Virus record (IMG/VR): IMGVR_UViG_3300048599_000868
Location: 1 to 38,203 of that record
Origin: a virus
Taxonomy: Duplodnaviria; Caudoviricetes
Length of the DNA stretch: 38,203 nt
Direction: 5' to 3' (one strand)
Numbering within the stretch: position 1 is the first letter of the stretch; the number at the start of each line of letters is the position of its first letter. The translations under genes were made by a program, and so were the position numbers. Positions 27,928-36,790 of the stretch are shown here, one piece after another. The notes beneath the pieces are model-generated. The model searched no databases. It saw only the letters and a program-made list of their open reading frames with translations, and was not told where the DNA came from.

Positions 27928-29241
27928 TTAAGCCCCCGTCTTCAGGGTAACCATGTTGCCCTTGGCTCTCGTCACGAGGAAGCCGTCGCGCTTCCTGAAC
28001 CGGAGAAAAAGTTCGCCGTACTCGAGGGCCTCGGTCGTCGCGTCAAAACGCTTGATCTCCACGCCCTTCCGGTTTCCATGGATAATCCGCTTCGGGTTCA
28101 TGAAGATCGCGAAGGCCTGATTGGATACGATGTCGCCCATCTGCGGGAGGATGTGGCTTTCCGTGTAGGCGTAGCCGTCAACCGTGCCGGGCTTTCCGTC
28201 CATCGGGCCGCGCCAGACCGGCCGGCCGTTCGCGTCGACGATCCCGGTCACGTGCGCGAGGACGGACTCATGGAAGAACCAGCGGCAGTCCTTACGTTCC
28301 TCGGCGGGCACCATGAGGACCGCCTCGCGGAGATCCTTGTAGGTGAGCGCCGTGGCGGCCACCCCACCGATCGTCTTCGTCTTGATGTCTGCCGCGTTGA
28401 AGGCTCCCGTAAAGGGGGCGGCATTCGCGAGGAGGCACTGCTTGTCGAACTCGAGCGCGTAGGTCTCGGTGAACTCGTCCATGAACATCGAGCCGAGGTC
28501 GACGAAGACGTCCTCCTCGAACTCGTCGAACCAGGGGATGAAGCCCGCGAGGGTGTAGGCCTTGAGCTCGACGCGCGTCGCGCCCTGGGGTTTCGAGCCA
28601 TCGATCTTCTGGCCGTAGGCGGTAAGCCATTTGAGCTCGACGCCGCCCCGCTCGCGCTGGGGAAGGAAGATACTCGGGCCGGTCATCGGGCGGTGTTTCA
28701 CGAGGTTCATCATCACCGACTGCTTCGCCGCGTCCTGCATGATCGCGGCTTCGTAGATCGGGTTGATGAGGTACTGCTCGTTCGTCGCCATATTGCCCAT
28801 CGGCTCGCCGAGGGCGGCCTTGTTGTTCGAGAGCTGGAAGCCTTTTTCTGCGGTCCAGTTGAAGTCTCGCGGATTATTCCAGTTGTCGCTCTTGAGGTTC
28901 GGGCTGCATTTGAGTTCGCCGAGGGTCTGGAGGTTTCCCGTCCAGGCGGCGGCGATCGCTTTCCCGAGCTGGTAACTGAGCTCGCTTCGGGTCAACTCTT
29001 TCGGGTTCGCGGACTCGCCCTTGAGGTTGAGCCGCATCTCCTTGAGCGTCCCCTTCAGGGCTTCAAGTTCGGTCGCCGTCGCGCTCTTCACTTCGGCGAG
29101 GCTCTTTCCCACCTCGTCGAGAATGCCTTCCTTCTCGGCAAAGTAATCGGCCGCCGCTTCCTCGGTCGTAAAGCCGGTCTTTTCCACGCGCTTCATGCCC
29201 TTCAATCGTTCTGTAAGGGTTTGAAGCATTACGTCTCCCAT
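27928..29241 (-). CDS. HK97-fold major capsid protein with N-terminal delta/scaffold region
   Basis: Coiled-coil N-terminus; YLINP, VELKAYTLAG, IVDANGRPVW..GTVDGY, LRFRKRDG; GGAGG SD. Confidence 0.9.
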   Translation of the reverse strand: MGDVMLQTLTERLKGMKRVEKTGFTTEEAAADYFAEKEGILDEVGKSLAEVKSATATELEALKGTLKEMRLNLKGESANPKELTRSELSYQLGKAIAAAWTGNLQTLGELKCSPNLKSDNWNNPRDFNWTAEKGFQLSNNKAALGEPMGNMATNEQYLINPIYEAAIMQDAAKQSVMMNLVKHRPMTGPSIFLPQRERGGVELKWLTAYGQKIDGSKPQGATRVELKAYTLAGFIPWFDEFEEDVFVDLGSMFMDEFTETYALEFDKQCLLANAAPFTGAFNAADIKTKTIGGVAATALTYKDLREAVLMVPAEERKDCRWFFHESVLAHVTGIVDANGRPVWRGPMDGKPGTVDGYAYTESHILPQMGDIVSNQAFAIFMNPKRIIHGNRKGVEIKRFDATTEALEYGELFLRFRKRDGFLVTRAKGNMVTLKTGA

Positions 29242-29254
29242 GTCATCCTCCGTT

Positions 29255-29908
29255 TCAGTTAATGATTGAAAGCGGCCAGTAGCCGCTTTTCACTGAACGG
29301 GCGGTAGGGTCGCCGGTTCGTTTCTGTTTCTGCGAGTCCTCGTCGCGCAAGGCGAAAGGATTCGCAGGAACGTTACAGATCGAGAACTCGAGCAGTTCCT
29401 GCTTCCTGATGATGAGGTCGCAAGAATCCTCAGGGTTCTTTTTGTGATCGATCCACTCGATTTCCTTCACGAGCATTCCGACGCTTCCCGCGCGGATCAC
29501 GCCCGCCTTCACGCGCTCGCCGATCGACCAGCCGAACTCGTCTATCTCCTTTGCGTTGAACTTGATGCGCCCGGAAAGCTTATCCGTTGCGGTCAGATTG
29601 TCCGCGAGTCCTATCGCCGGTATCGAATGGCAGTGTGCCCAGAGTACGACCGGATTCTCCAAGTAGCGATCAAGCTCCCATCCGGAGGGATCAACGCGCT
29701 CGTCGAAGCGGTCATTGTCGTAAGTCGAGAACACCCAGGGAAACCAATCACCGTCAGCATCTGTCTGCTTCGCGATGTATCCGGCCATCACGATCTCGAC
29801 CGGTTCCTTCAGTTTTCCGTTTTCGCCTGTTTGAAGCTTCAGGAAGTCAGTGAATGACTTTCGATCGATAGTTTTAAAACTTTCGTATCTTTTAGCTCTA
29901 TACAACAT
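29255..29908 (-). CDS. HK97-family prohead protease
   Basis: NPVVLWAH, GSVG (Ser), ELLEFSICNVPANP; ATG 29908 with AAGGGG SD. Confidence 0.88.
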   Translation of the reverse strand: MLYRAKRYESFKTIDRKSFTDFLKLQTGENGKLKEPVEIVMAGYIAKQTDADGDWFPWVFSTYDNDRFDERVDPSGWELDRYLENPVVLWAHCHSIPAIGLADNLTATDKLSGRIKFNAKEIDEFGWSIGERVKAGVIRAGSVGMLVKEIEWIDHKKNPEDSCDLIIRKQELLEFSICNVPANPFALRDEDSQKQKRTGDPTARSVKSGYWPLSIIN

Positions 29909-30551
29909 ATTCGCAATCCCCTTTCGTTGAGAACGTATAGATGAAGGCAAGGTGAACCATTTCAATGAACGAATGCGCGCCGATGCGGTGCATGGTCCGT
30001 TTGCGCAGGTTCCCCACGCTTCCGATCGAGATGCTCATCTCTTCGGCGATTTCCTTCACCGACAATCCCTTCATCGTAAGATTGAGGCACTCGGTCTCTC
30101 GCGCGGGCATCCTGATTCGTATCTCGCTGGAATTGAGATTCGAGTCATTGAAAGCCTCGCGCACGTTCGGTGGGTAGTACTTGAGATTGTTCTCAACGGC
30201 GTCTTGGAGTTTCCTGAATTCATTCGCGTCGTCGACGTTCGCGAAAAGGATATCGACGCCGCTTCGTATGAGGTACATGCCGATATAGTTGCTCATTGAA
30301 TGCATGGCAAGAACGACGATCTGAACCCTTGGTCGCATATTCCTGATTCGCGCTATTATCGAGTCGCATTCAAACCCGAGATATGAAGCGCTCATGAACA
30401 GGGAATCGATCATGTCCGTATACTCGGCCAGATCATCTATTGTCTTACAACTGATAAAGTTTTCCACGCGATACAGCTGCTTTACTAACGGTGCAAAGAT
30501 CAATTTTGTTCTCTCGCTGAAACCCACCATCACAACCTTCTGTATTCTCAT
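29898..30551 (-). CDS. LuxR/NarL-type regulator with degenerate receiver-like N-terminus
   Basis: C-terminal RETECLNLTMKGLSVKEIAEEMSIS..SV...RKR LuxR HTH; N-terminal alpha/beta domain lacks the usual acidic pocket residues. Confidence 0.85.
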   Translation of the reverse strand: MRIQKVVMVGFSERTKLIFAPLVKQLYRVENFISCKTIDDLAEYTDMIDSLFMSASYLGFECDSIIARIRNMRPRVQIVVLAMHSMSNYIGMYLIRSGVDILFANVDDANEFRKLQDAVENNLKYYPPNVREAFNDSNLNSSEIRIRMPARETECLNLTMKGLSVKEIAEEMSISIGSVGNLRKRTMHRIGAHSFIEMVHLAFIYTFSTKGDCEYVV

Positions 30552-30561
30552 GTGAGGTTCC

Positions 30562-31836
30562 TCATGATTCAGAATTAGGGTAATTTACGGGAACGACGTT
30601 CCCCGGGCGATACCAGGTATCGCCCCAGCTTTTTCGAGGTTTGCCGCGTTCGACGAGGACGTCATTAATTGTTTTAAGGCCGGCATTGATTTCCGCAATG
30701 TCGCGTTTCGACTGTTCGTCCTCGCTTCGTTGCAATTCAGGTATGCAAGAAAGATCGAACTTTCCGCGCTCATTGAGCGCGAATCGCCTGAAAAACTGCG
30801 TTTCCACTACCATCTCGAAGTTCTTGAGTACGGGAATCAACGTGTATTTCCAGAACGCCGCGTGCTGGTTTTCGGTATCGGTTCCCGAAAGGTTTGCCTT
30901 CGCGTCCTGGATGTTTGCCACCCGTGGAGGGATGCCGTACTTCGCGAGAATCGTGTATAGATTCCATCGCTTCAGGTCGAAGAGCTTCAGGACGTCCGGC
31001 GAAAAGGTCAGGGGTTTGAATTCAGTTCCCTTCCCGATCACCGCGATCTTCCGATTCTTCGAGTCCTTGCCGTACTTCCGCTCCCACCGGGCTTCGATCA
31101 GATCGGCCTCTTCCTCCCGGATAAGCTGATCGGTCTTGAGTATTCCCTGCGGAATCGCATTATGCTTAAGAAGGTCTGTGTTTGATCGGTTTGCCCATGA
31201 ATCCTGATCGAGCTCGTACTTGAGGGAGACGAGAGGGGATACGCCCCTCCAGGGATTCCATGGATTCCAGTCGCGGAAATGAATCACCTCGTCAGGCAAG
31301 ATCGGGACGATGTCAGTGTCGCTCGAGTAGAACCAGCGAATGACTTTACCATCCTCGACGCGCATGGTCATTCGACGTGGATTCAGAATATGAATCGCGT
31401 CGGGTAAGCCGCCCGCATACTCGTTCCCGAAATACCAAAAGGCTTCGCCTTCGAGAGACCACCACGCTCCCGTTTCTTTCCATAGATCGAATCCGCTCAA
31501 GCGGGGATTTGGCTCTCTGAAGAGGCGCACTACGGGGCCGTCGGTTACTGGTTTCCCGTCCTTGACGATCGTGAACTCCGTTCGGCCGATATTACGCATG
31601 AGAATGCCGATCGCGATATTGACCCATGCGTGGGTCAAATAGTAATCCTGGTGTCCGGGTCCTTGCATTGCCTCAGAAAAGGGATCGTGATCCCAGGGGT
31701 CATCGTCCCCCTTTTGGGCCGCAACAGAAAAACCTTCGAGCGCTTTTCGTATCCCGGATAGAAAGGTTCCAACGCGCATCAGGCCCGATACTCCTTCTGT
31801 GTACCGTGTCCGAAGCGGTTTGTCGAGAATTGGCAA
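30562..31836 (-). CDS. HK97-family portal protein
   Basis: PNP.LSGFDLW, GEAFW, EVIHFR, GVSPL, YGIPP, GLKTINDV; start is either TTG 31836 or ATG 31779. Confidence 0.9.
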   Translation of the reverse strand: MPILDKPLRTRYTEGVSGLMRVGTFLSGIRKALEGFSVAAQKGDDDPWDHDPFSEAMQGPGHQDYYLTHAWVNIAIGILMRNIGRTEFTIVKDGKPVTDGPVVRLFREPNPRLSGFDLWKETGAWWSLEGEAFWYFGNEYAGGLPDAIHILNPRRMTMRVEDGKVIRWFYSSDTDIVPILPDEVIHFRDWNPWNPWRGVSPLVSLKYELDQDSWANRSNTDLLKHNAIPQGILKTDQLIREEEADLIEARWERKYGKDSKNRKIAVIGKGTEFKPLTFSPDVLKLFDLKRWNLYTILAKYGIPPRVANIQDAKANLSGTDTENQHAAFWKYTLIPVLKNFEMVVETQFFRRFALNERGKFDLSCIPELQRSEDEQSKRDIAEINAGLKTINDVLVERGKPRKSWGDTWYRPGNVVPVNYPNSES

Positions 31837-31929
31837 GCTCCTCCTGTAAGGTAGTTTGGTACGTTTTTAATTATATTCTCCTTTTTATGTCGTCACTTTT
31901 GCGCAAATAGTGCACCATATTTACACGCA

Positions 31930-33174
31930 TCACACGCACACGACCCCGTACTGCACTTGACTGAAAATCGCGTAGCGCATCGCATCCATGTAATGGTCGT
32001 TTATCTTCACGATCTGGTTTGACTCGTCCCGCGCGTAATCGCTGATCTCAAGGAGAACGCCCGTACAGGCGGCACTCACGAAAAACTTTCCCCGTTCCAT
32101 TAACGCGCTTATATAATCGATTCCTGGCTCGACGGAATTATTGGCCTTCACGCCGCCGGTTATCTCTTGTATTCTCTCCCCGCCCGCTGGATCGCAGAAA
32201 TTGGGAAAAACTCCCGTCGTTCCGTCCGCGTTCAGGTACCAGCCACGCTCGATCAAATCCTCATTGAAGGTTCTCGTCGGCACGTTGTACGCCCCGTGAT
32301 CGGCGATCAAATACACCGTGTCTCCGATCCATCCGACCTTCACGTTCGTGATGTTGAGCCCGAAGTCCTGCCCCGCAGTCACGAAATCGTATCTATCAGG
32401 CATATCCTCAACATTGAGGATCATGTCCTCGCTGAACTTCTCGTAGACGACGCCCTCAGCCTTCACCCAGAGCCCGTCCCTGAATCGCGCCTTCTGCTTC
32501 TCGGGCATCGTATCGAGGATATCCTCGATGTAATCCGCGGCAAGATGTTCCGCGTTGTCCTGCGGGTTCAAGAGCATCGAAGCGTACAGTTCCGGCTTCG
32601 GAAGCGGCGTGTCAGTTCTCGGCTCGATCTTCCTGATGAACACCTTATACGCCCAGTGCATTGGGCTCGCGGGATTGCAGTCGTACAGGAAAAGATTCCT
32701 GCATCCCGGAATGTTCATCGCAAGCCGGCTGTACGCGACGTTCACCGCCGCGTAGGAAATCTGACTCACCTCGTTGAAGTAGATCGTGTTGTACTCATGT
32801 CCCAGAATCTTGTCGACCTGTTCCCTGTCTCCAAGTCCGCCAATCCATATTTCCGATCCGTTCCAGAGCTTGATGTAATTGTCGTGAACGACGTATGTGA
32901 AGCGCTTCTTCCCGACTATCTTCTCAAGCCAGGGAATGAGCGTCTCATGCAAGACTGAACTTCGCGCGTCCTTCGTCCGCAATCGGCAGATCAAATGCCG
33001 CGAAGCTGAGTACCGAACGGCCCGGTAGATGATAACGATCACGAGGATCGTCGTCTTACCGCTTCGCGATCCCCCGAAAAGGAGGATGTGCTTCGCGCCC
33101 ATTTTCAGGAGTCGAAGCGCCGCGCGCTGAACTCGCGTTGGCCTGAAAACGGACTCAAGCGCCGCGATCATCAC
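31930..33174 (-). CDS. terL: Terminase large subunit (PBSX/Terminase_3-like)
   Basis: Walker A GGSRSGKT, Walker B-like IYFNE, coupling motif DCNP, nuclease GQDFG and NDHYMDAMRYA. Confidence 0.9.
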   Translation of the reverse strand: MMIAALESVFRPTRVQRAALRLLKMGAKHILLFGGSRSGKTTILVIVIIYRAVRYSASRHLICRLRTKDARSSVLHETLIPWLEKIVGKKRFTYVVHDNYIKLWNGSEIWIGGLGDREQVDKILGHEYNTIYFNEVSQISYAAVNVAYSRLAMNIPGCRNLFLYDCNPASPMHWAYKVFIRKIEPRTDTPLPKPELYASMLLNPQDNAEHLAADYIEDILDTMPEKQKARFRDGLWVKAEGVVYEKFSEDMILNVEDMPDRYDFVTAGQDFGLNITNVKVGWIGDTVYLIADHGAYNVPTRTFNEDLIERGWYLNADGTTGVFPNFCDPAGGERIQEITGGVKANNSVEPGIDYISALMERGKFFVSAACTGVLLEISDYARDESNQIVKINDHYMDAMRYAIFSQVQYGVVCV

Positions 33175-33641
33175 AGTCCTTCAAAGTCGTTCACGAAATT
33201 AATCTCAAGCTGGCCGGTAAAATCTTTGCTCTCGTCCCCATCGCCCGAATCTGACTTGCCGAACAAGGCACGTTCGATGTCGATCGAGTTCTTGAGCCAA
33301 TCCATCACGTTGACCTGGCTCAACTCCTCGGGGTCGAACTTCTCAAGCCGCTTCTCGACGATACTTAAGACCTTCTCGGTAATCCGCTGGTACATTTTCT
33401 CGCGCTCTGCGAATTCCCGTTCCCGTTCCGCGCGCTTCAATCCGTCGAGGTACGTGTCGTACGCGCCGCAGCGCTTCACCCAGTCGAACTTCGCCGACCA
33501 CTTGCACCACACTCCGTAGCGGGAAGAAGGAATCCCGTTCAGCGCGAGCGCCTTCAGGATTCCCCGGTCCCGTCCATGATCCCGATAAAGGCAGAACGCG
33601 TTCCATGCCGCGTTCGTCTCATCATCCTTTCTCTCCCACAC
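33171..33641 (-). CDS. Probable terminase small subunit
   Basis: WER..ET..AW.AF..Y...WSAKFDWVKR..AYD plus coiled coil; ATGA-coupled directly upstream of terL. Confidence 0.7.
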   Translation of the reverse strand: MWERKDDETNAAWNAFCLYRDHGRDRGILKALALNGIPSSRYGVWCKWSAKFDWVKRCGAYDTYLDGLKRAEREREFAEREKMYQRITEKVLSIVEKRLEKFDPEELSQVNVMDWLKNSIDIERALFGKSDSGDGDESKDFTGQLEINFVNDFEGL

Positions 33642-33670
33642 CTCGGAAATGAATCACCTCCCCTCGCGTC

Positions 33671-33856
33671 CTACCGCGCCGTTTTCTTAGCTTCCCCGGA
33701 AAGCTCCAATGTGCAGAGACCCCGGATAATCCTGACGGCGTTATCGAATTCTCCCGCCCACTCATCGTTACCGGTTTCAGCCGCATGCGCTTTTCGCTTC
33801 TCGAGGAAGACAACCGCCTTACTGATACTCTCGAGCGTCAGATACGGTTTCTTCAT
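33671..33856 (-). CDS. Small hypothetical protein (61 aa), first gene of the packaging operon
   Basis: Strong GGGGAGG SD; directly downstream of promoter copy 2. Confidence 0.6.
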   Translation of the reverse strand: MKKPYLTLESISKAVVFLEKRKAHAAETGNDEWAGEFDNAVRIIRGLCTLELSGEAKKTAR

Positions 33857-33936
33857 GATTCCGCTACCTCCCCGCCTGTGACCTCAAGCGTCCCTACTCG
33901 CCAAAGCCGCAAACTGTTCAGTCGTTTATCGTGATC

Positions 33937-34003
33937 AATGTACCCGTGTTTAATAGCCGTGAAATGATCTACTTTTTCGACAATACAAAGCGGTTTGTAG
34001 AAA
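33937..34003 (-). promoter_or_regulatory. Phage promoter copy 2: TTTCGACA-N13-TGTAGAAA plus -10 TACATT
   Basis: Left arm 33975-33982, right arm 33996-34003, -10 at 33937-33942; geometry identical to the other two copies. Confidence 0.72.
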
Positions 34004-34045
34004 TAAATACAAATCCCACGCATTGCGTAAGGCTGTGCCGCCTGC

Positions 34046-34196
34046 ATTTTTCTCCCGGGGGAGGTCCGGATTATGCGGCCAGTGCCGGAACCCCGCAAGG
34101 CCAAGGCAAGCTCACTCGTTCGCTTCGCTCCCTCGTTCGGCCTTGCGTGAACCCGGCACTGGCCAGGAATTTTTTTTCGTCCCCCGGGAGAAAAAT
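34046..34196. repeat. Triple-nested inverted repeat (17, 12 and 9 bp perfect stems)
   Basis: 34046-34062/34180-34196; 34077-34088/34153-34164; 34094-34102/34139-34147. Confidence 0.9.
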
Positions 34197-34278
34197 AAAG
34201 GGCGCGGTCCGCGTTTTTTATTTTGTACTTCACGTCCTTGCAACTTTGAAATCTCGTTCCGGACCAAAGGAGTTTTTT

Positions 34279-34704
34279 ATGAGTGATCTTGCATTAGTCG
34301 AAATTGAGCGCGTCGAAACGTTCGAGCGCGAGGAAAGCAGGTTTGAGCAAAAAGGTTCAAAGTCTCTTTATTGGCCGGAAGACTTGTTCTTGTTTCCGCG
34401 CGTGCTCGAGGATTGGGGCGTCACCACCATCGACGTATCGCAGACGGCTTGTCAGTTTGGCATACAAACGCCTGTCCACATCTCAAGCGGACTGTATCAC
34501 AAGTGGATAGCGAACGGCATCAAGAATCCGGTCAAGAACGTCGAAACGCTTTGTCACGCGTTTCTATATGCGGTCGACTGCGACCTGAAAGATTCCTGTG
34601 TTCTTGATTTCACCGTTCCGGGTAACGGTACGCCGCCTTACAAGGCAACCGCGATGCTCCACGGGTTCAGGATTAAAGTCATAAACCTGTCCTGGAAACC
34701 TTGA
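34279..34704 (+). CDS. Hypothetical protein (141 aa), weak resemblance to DUF6573-like mobile-element proteins
   Basis: AAGGAG SD before ATG 34279; IDVSQTACQFGIQTPVHIS segment; the only plus-strand gene in the phage core. Confidence 0.6.
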   Translation: MSDLALVEIERVETFEREESRFEQKGSKSLYWPEDLFLFPRVLEDWGVTTIDVSQTACQFGIQTPVHISSGLYHKWIANGIKNPVKNVETLCHAFLYAVDCDLKDSCVLDFTVPGNGTPPYKATAMLHGFRIKVINLSWKP

Positions 34705-34708
34705 ACAA

Positions 34709-34737
34709 AAACGGCCGGGAATTAATCCCGGCCGTTT
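34709..34737. terminator. Intrinsic terminator between convergent genes
   Basis: AAACGGCCGGGA-attaa-TCCCGGCCGTTT 12-bp stem with T runs on both strands. Confidence 0.8.
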
Positions 34738-34740
34738 CGC

Positions 34741-34908
34741 CTAACCCTCATGATACTTGATCGACACACAGTCCCGCTTCTCGACCGAAACCGGGACGCC
34801 TTCGTGCATCCTGATCTCGATCCCGAATGAACCGAATCTCTTTTCCTTAAGCTGCGCGTCGATCCATGAAAGAACCTCGGCGCGGACCTGCTCGGGCGTC
34901 AACGGCAT
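34741..34908 (-). CDS. Small DUF2292/YezD-like protein (55 aa)
   Basis: KRFGSFGIEIRMHEGVPVSVEK pattern; overlaps the end of the HTH gene. Confidence 0.55.
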   Translation of the reverse strand: MPLTPEQVRAEVLSWIDAQLKEKRFGSFGIEIRMHEGVPVSVEKRDCVSIKYHEG

Positions 34909-35126
34909 ACGAGATCCGCTTCCGTGCGTTCGACCTTGTCCAGCGTATTCTCGTTCAGGAAAAGCTCGACGTCGCTCCGCTTGAACAGAACCTTCCGCCC
35001 GACGACGACGCTCGGGATCTTCCCTTGCTTGCGCCAGCGATACACGGTCAGCCGCTTGCAATGCATCAGCGTCATGAACTCGCGCATATCCATCATGCGG
35101 TTACAGTCTTCCCTTTCGTCGATCAA
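34899..35126 (-). CDS. Excisionase/AlpA-like (HTH_17) DNA-binding protein
   Basis: LTVYRWRKQGKIPSVVVGRKVLFKRSDVELFL; AGGAGG SD before TTG 35126. Confidence 0.85.
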   Translation of the reverse strand: MIDEREDCNRMMDMREFMTLMHCKRLTVYRWRKQGKIPSVVVGRKVLFKRSDVELFLNENTLDKVERTEADLVCR

Positions 35127-35156
35127 CAAGTACCTCCTTGATTCGTCATGAATCAG

Positions 35157-35223
35157 AAAGTACCAGAGCATTTCAGGGAACGGATGGTCTAGTTTTTCGA
35201 CAGGATGAAACGCCTTGTCGATA
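35157..35223 (-). promoter_or_regulatory. Phage promoter copy 3: TTTCGACA-N13-TGTCGATA plus extended -10 (TG-g-TACTTT)
   Basis: Left arm 35195-35202, right arm 35216-35223, -10 at 35157-35162. Confidence 0.75.
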
Positions 35224-35228
35224 AACCC

Positions 35229-36143
35229 TCAATCTTCCCGATCGCCGGAAGACCATATGCCCAACGAGGGATTCCAGGAAGCATGCAACTCCGCGCCATC
35301 AGTGAACGCAGACCACACCGGAGAGAGAAACGATTCGATACCGTCAAGAACCGTTTTGAAATCAAGCTTCTCCAAGCCAAGACGCCTCAAGAAGAAACCC
35401 CATTTTCTCAGCATGTCCCGGTTATCCGCGAATGAAAGAATTACGGCGAACGTATCGCGCGTCCAGGAAGTGCCGCGATTCTCAAGAGTGTCCTTCACCG
35501 CTTTAAGAAGGATAGTCCCGTCAAAGGCGAAGGTTTGCGATAGATACCAGATGTCATAAAAATCCTTCATCCGGCTCGTCAGCTCGAGCCGGGAAACCAT
35601 CGCGTCAAGTTTCTCGGCTATCGTGCTTTCGAGCGAATAGGTGCAAACAATGGGTGCGGAGAAATCTTCAAGCTGTGTCGGAATCTTTCGTATCTCGCTG
35701 CCGGGAACGATCACGTCACCGACGCCGAAATCAACCGCGAAAGGAGTCCGCGTATTTGCAATCCGTGCGACGATGCGCGCACTCACGCCCGCGTATTCCC
35801 GCTGCGGAGTGATAGCCTCTAGCCCGCCTGTCTCGAAGACGATAAAATCATTCCCGGTATCGCACGCGACGATCTCGTCGATAACCCGGCGCACGTCATC
35901 CGGCCGGTTCGGAAAATCACGGAGAAGAAAATCAATATCGATAGTCGCGCGACTTTCAAACCGCGTCAGCGTATAGATGAAAAGCCCGCCTTTCAGGATC
36001 AGCTTCCCCGCGTACGGCGAGATCGAAAGACGCCGGAGGAATTCTTCCTGACAAAAAAGCTGGAGGCAAAGCTGAAACGGTTTCCCGCTTTCGCGCGCCT
36101 TATTCCGCAGTCGCGCAAGGACCGACGCAGCGCGATCGTTCAT
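35229..36143 (-). CDS. abiEii: AbiEii-family nucleotidyltransferase toxin (type IV TA)
   Basis: LKGG, SRATIDIDF, AEKL, SRMKDFYD; ATGA overlap with the antitoxin gene. Confidence 0.9.
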   Translation of the reverse strand: MNDRAASVLARLRNKARESGKPFQLCLQLFCQEEFLRRLSISPYAGKLILKGGLFIYTLTRFESRATIDIDFLLRDFPNRPDDVRRVIDEIVACDTGNDFIVFETGGLEAITPQREYAGVSARIVARIANTRTPFAVDFGVGDVIVPGSEIRKIPTQLEDFSAPIVCTYSLESTIAEKLDAMVSRLELTSRMKDFYDIWYLSQTFAFDGTILLKAVKDTLENRGTSWTRDTFAVILSFADNRDMLRKWGFFLRRLGLEKLDFKTVLDGIESFLSPVWSAFTDGAELHASWNPSLGIWSSGDRED

Positions 36144-36739
36144 AGCCACACCCCCAACACATCGCGAATCCGGCCCGTAACCCGCCGCCGCTTCGCGTAC
36201 TCAAGAAGGTTTGCCACGTTTTTTTTCGGATCGGCTATGTATCCTTGAACGGCCTTCGTGAACGTCTCGCGTTCCATCCGGTTTTCGTATTTCAGACAAT
36301 CGCAGATCACCCGGTCCCGGTCGAATACCCGAAGAGAAACGCCGTCGAAAGCGCCGCTCGTGACCCCGAGCGAAAGCGATTCCGCCGTCAGGAACCAGGG
36401 AACGATCGCAAGATCGGGAATATCGAATCGTCCGCGAAAGGTATTTTTATCGACCGCGAGATCCCAGGCAAGCGGGGTCCGGTCGCTGTAGCCCCAGTGA
36501 AACAGCGCCGAGTACATGCATACCACCGCGTCGGGAAACAGCGACGCGACCTGCGCCGACTCGCCCACCGCCCGCGGTTCCCCGGCAAGCCGATAATACC
36601 CGTTCCGGACCCGGACGAACACACCTTCGTCAACCAGCTTCCCGATCGCGCGACTATCGAGCTTCATCTCGGTGAGGCTTACCGTTTTGAGAATCCCGTT
36701 ACTGTCCCGAAAACGCTTTTTCAGCTTTTTAATATCCAT
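36140..36739 (-). CDS. abiEi: AbiEi-family antitoxin / regulator
   Basis: wHTH LVDEG.FVRVRNGYY, VCMYSALFHWG, RVFDRDRVICD; ATG 36739 gives a typical ~199-aa length. Confidence 0.88.
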   Translation of the reverse strand: MDIKKLKKRFRDSNGILKTVSLTEMKLDSRAIGKLVDEGVFVRVRNGYYRLAGEPRAVGESAQVASLFPDAVVCMYSALFHWGYSDRTPLAWDLAVDKNTFRGRFDIPDLAIVPWFLTAESLSLGVTSGAFDGVSLRVFDRDRVICDCLKYENRMERETFTKAVQGYIADPKKNVANLLEYAKRRRVTGRIRDVLGVWL

Positions 36740-36755
36740 ATCGCTTGTATCCACT

Positions 36756-36790
36756 AAAACTCCACTCACAAGGTTTACGAGTGGAGTTTT
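36756..36790. promoter_or_regulatory. Perfect 12-bp inverted repeat, probable AbiEi operator
   Basis: AAAACTCCACTC-N11-GAGTGGAGTTTT just upstream of abiEi. Confidence 0.7.

Noticed and set aside
27907-29262. 451-aa plus-strand ORF antisense to the capsid gene (also long antisense ORFs at 32167-32958, 2851-3456 and 4837-5484)
   Set aside because: Shadow ORFs produced by GC-rich codon bias on the true minus-strand genes; no recognisable motifs.
31808-31828. Half-site AAGCGGTTTGTCGAGA near the portal start resembling the right arm of the phage promoter box
   Set aside because: No matching left arm at 13-nt spacing, so it is not counted as a fourth copy.
33853-34233. 126-aa minus ORF and the 5' extension of the plus ORF 33931-34704
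   Set aside because: Both run through the promoter box and nested hairpin. The SD supports a start at 34279 for the plus gene.
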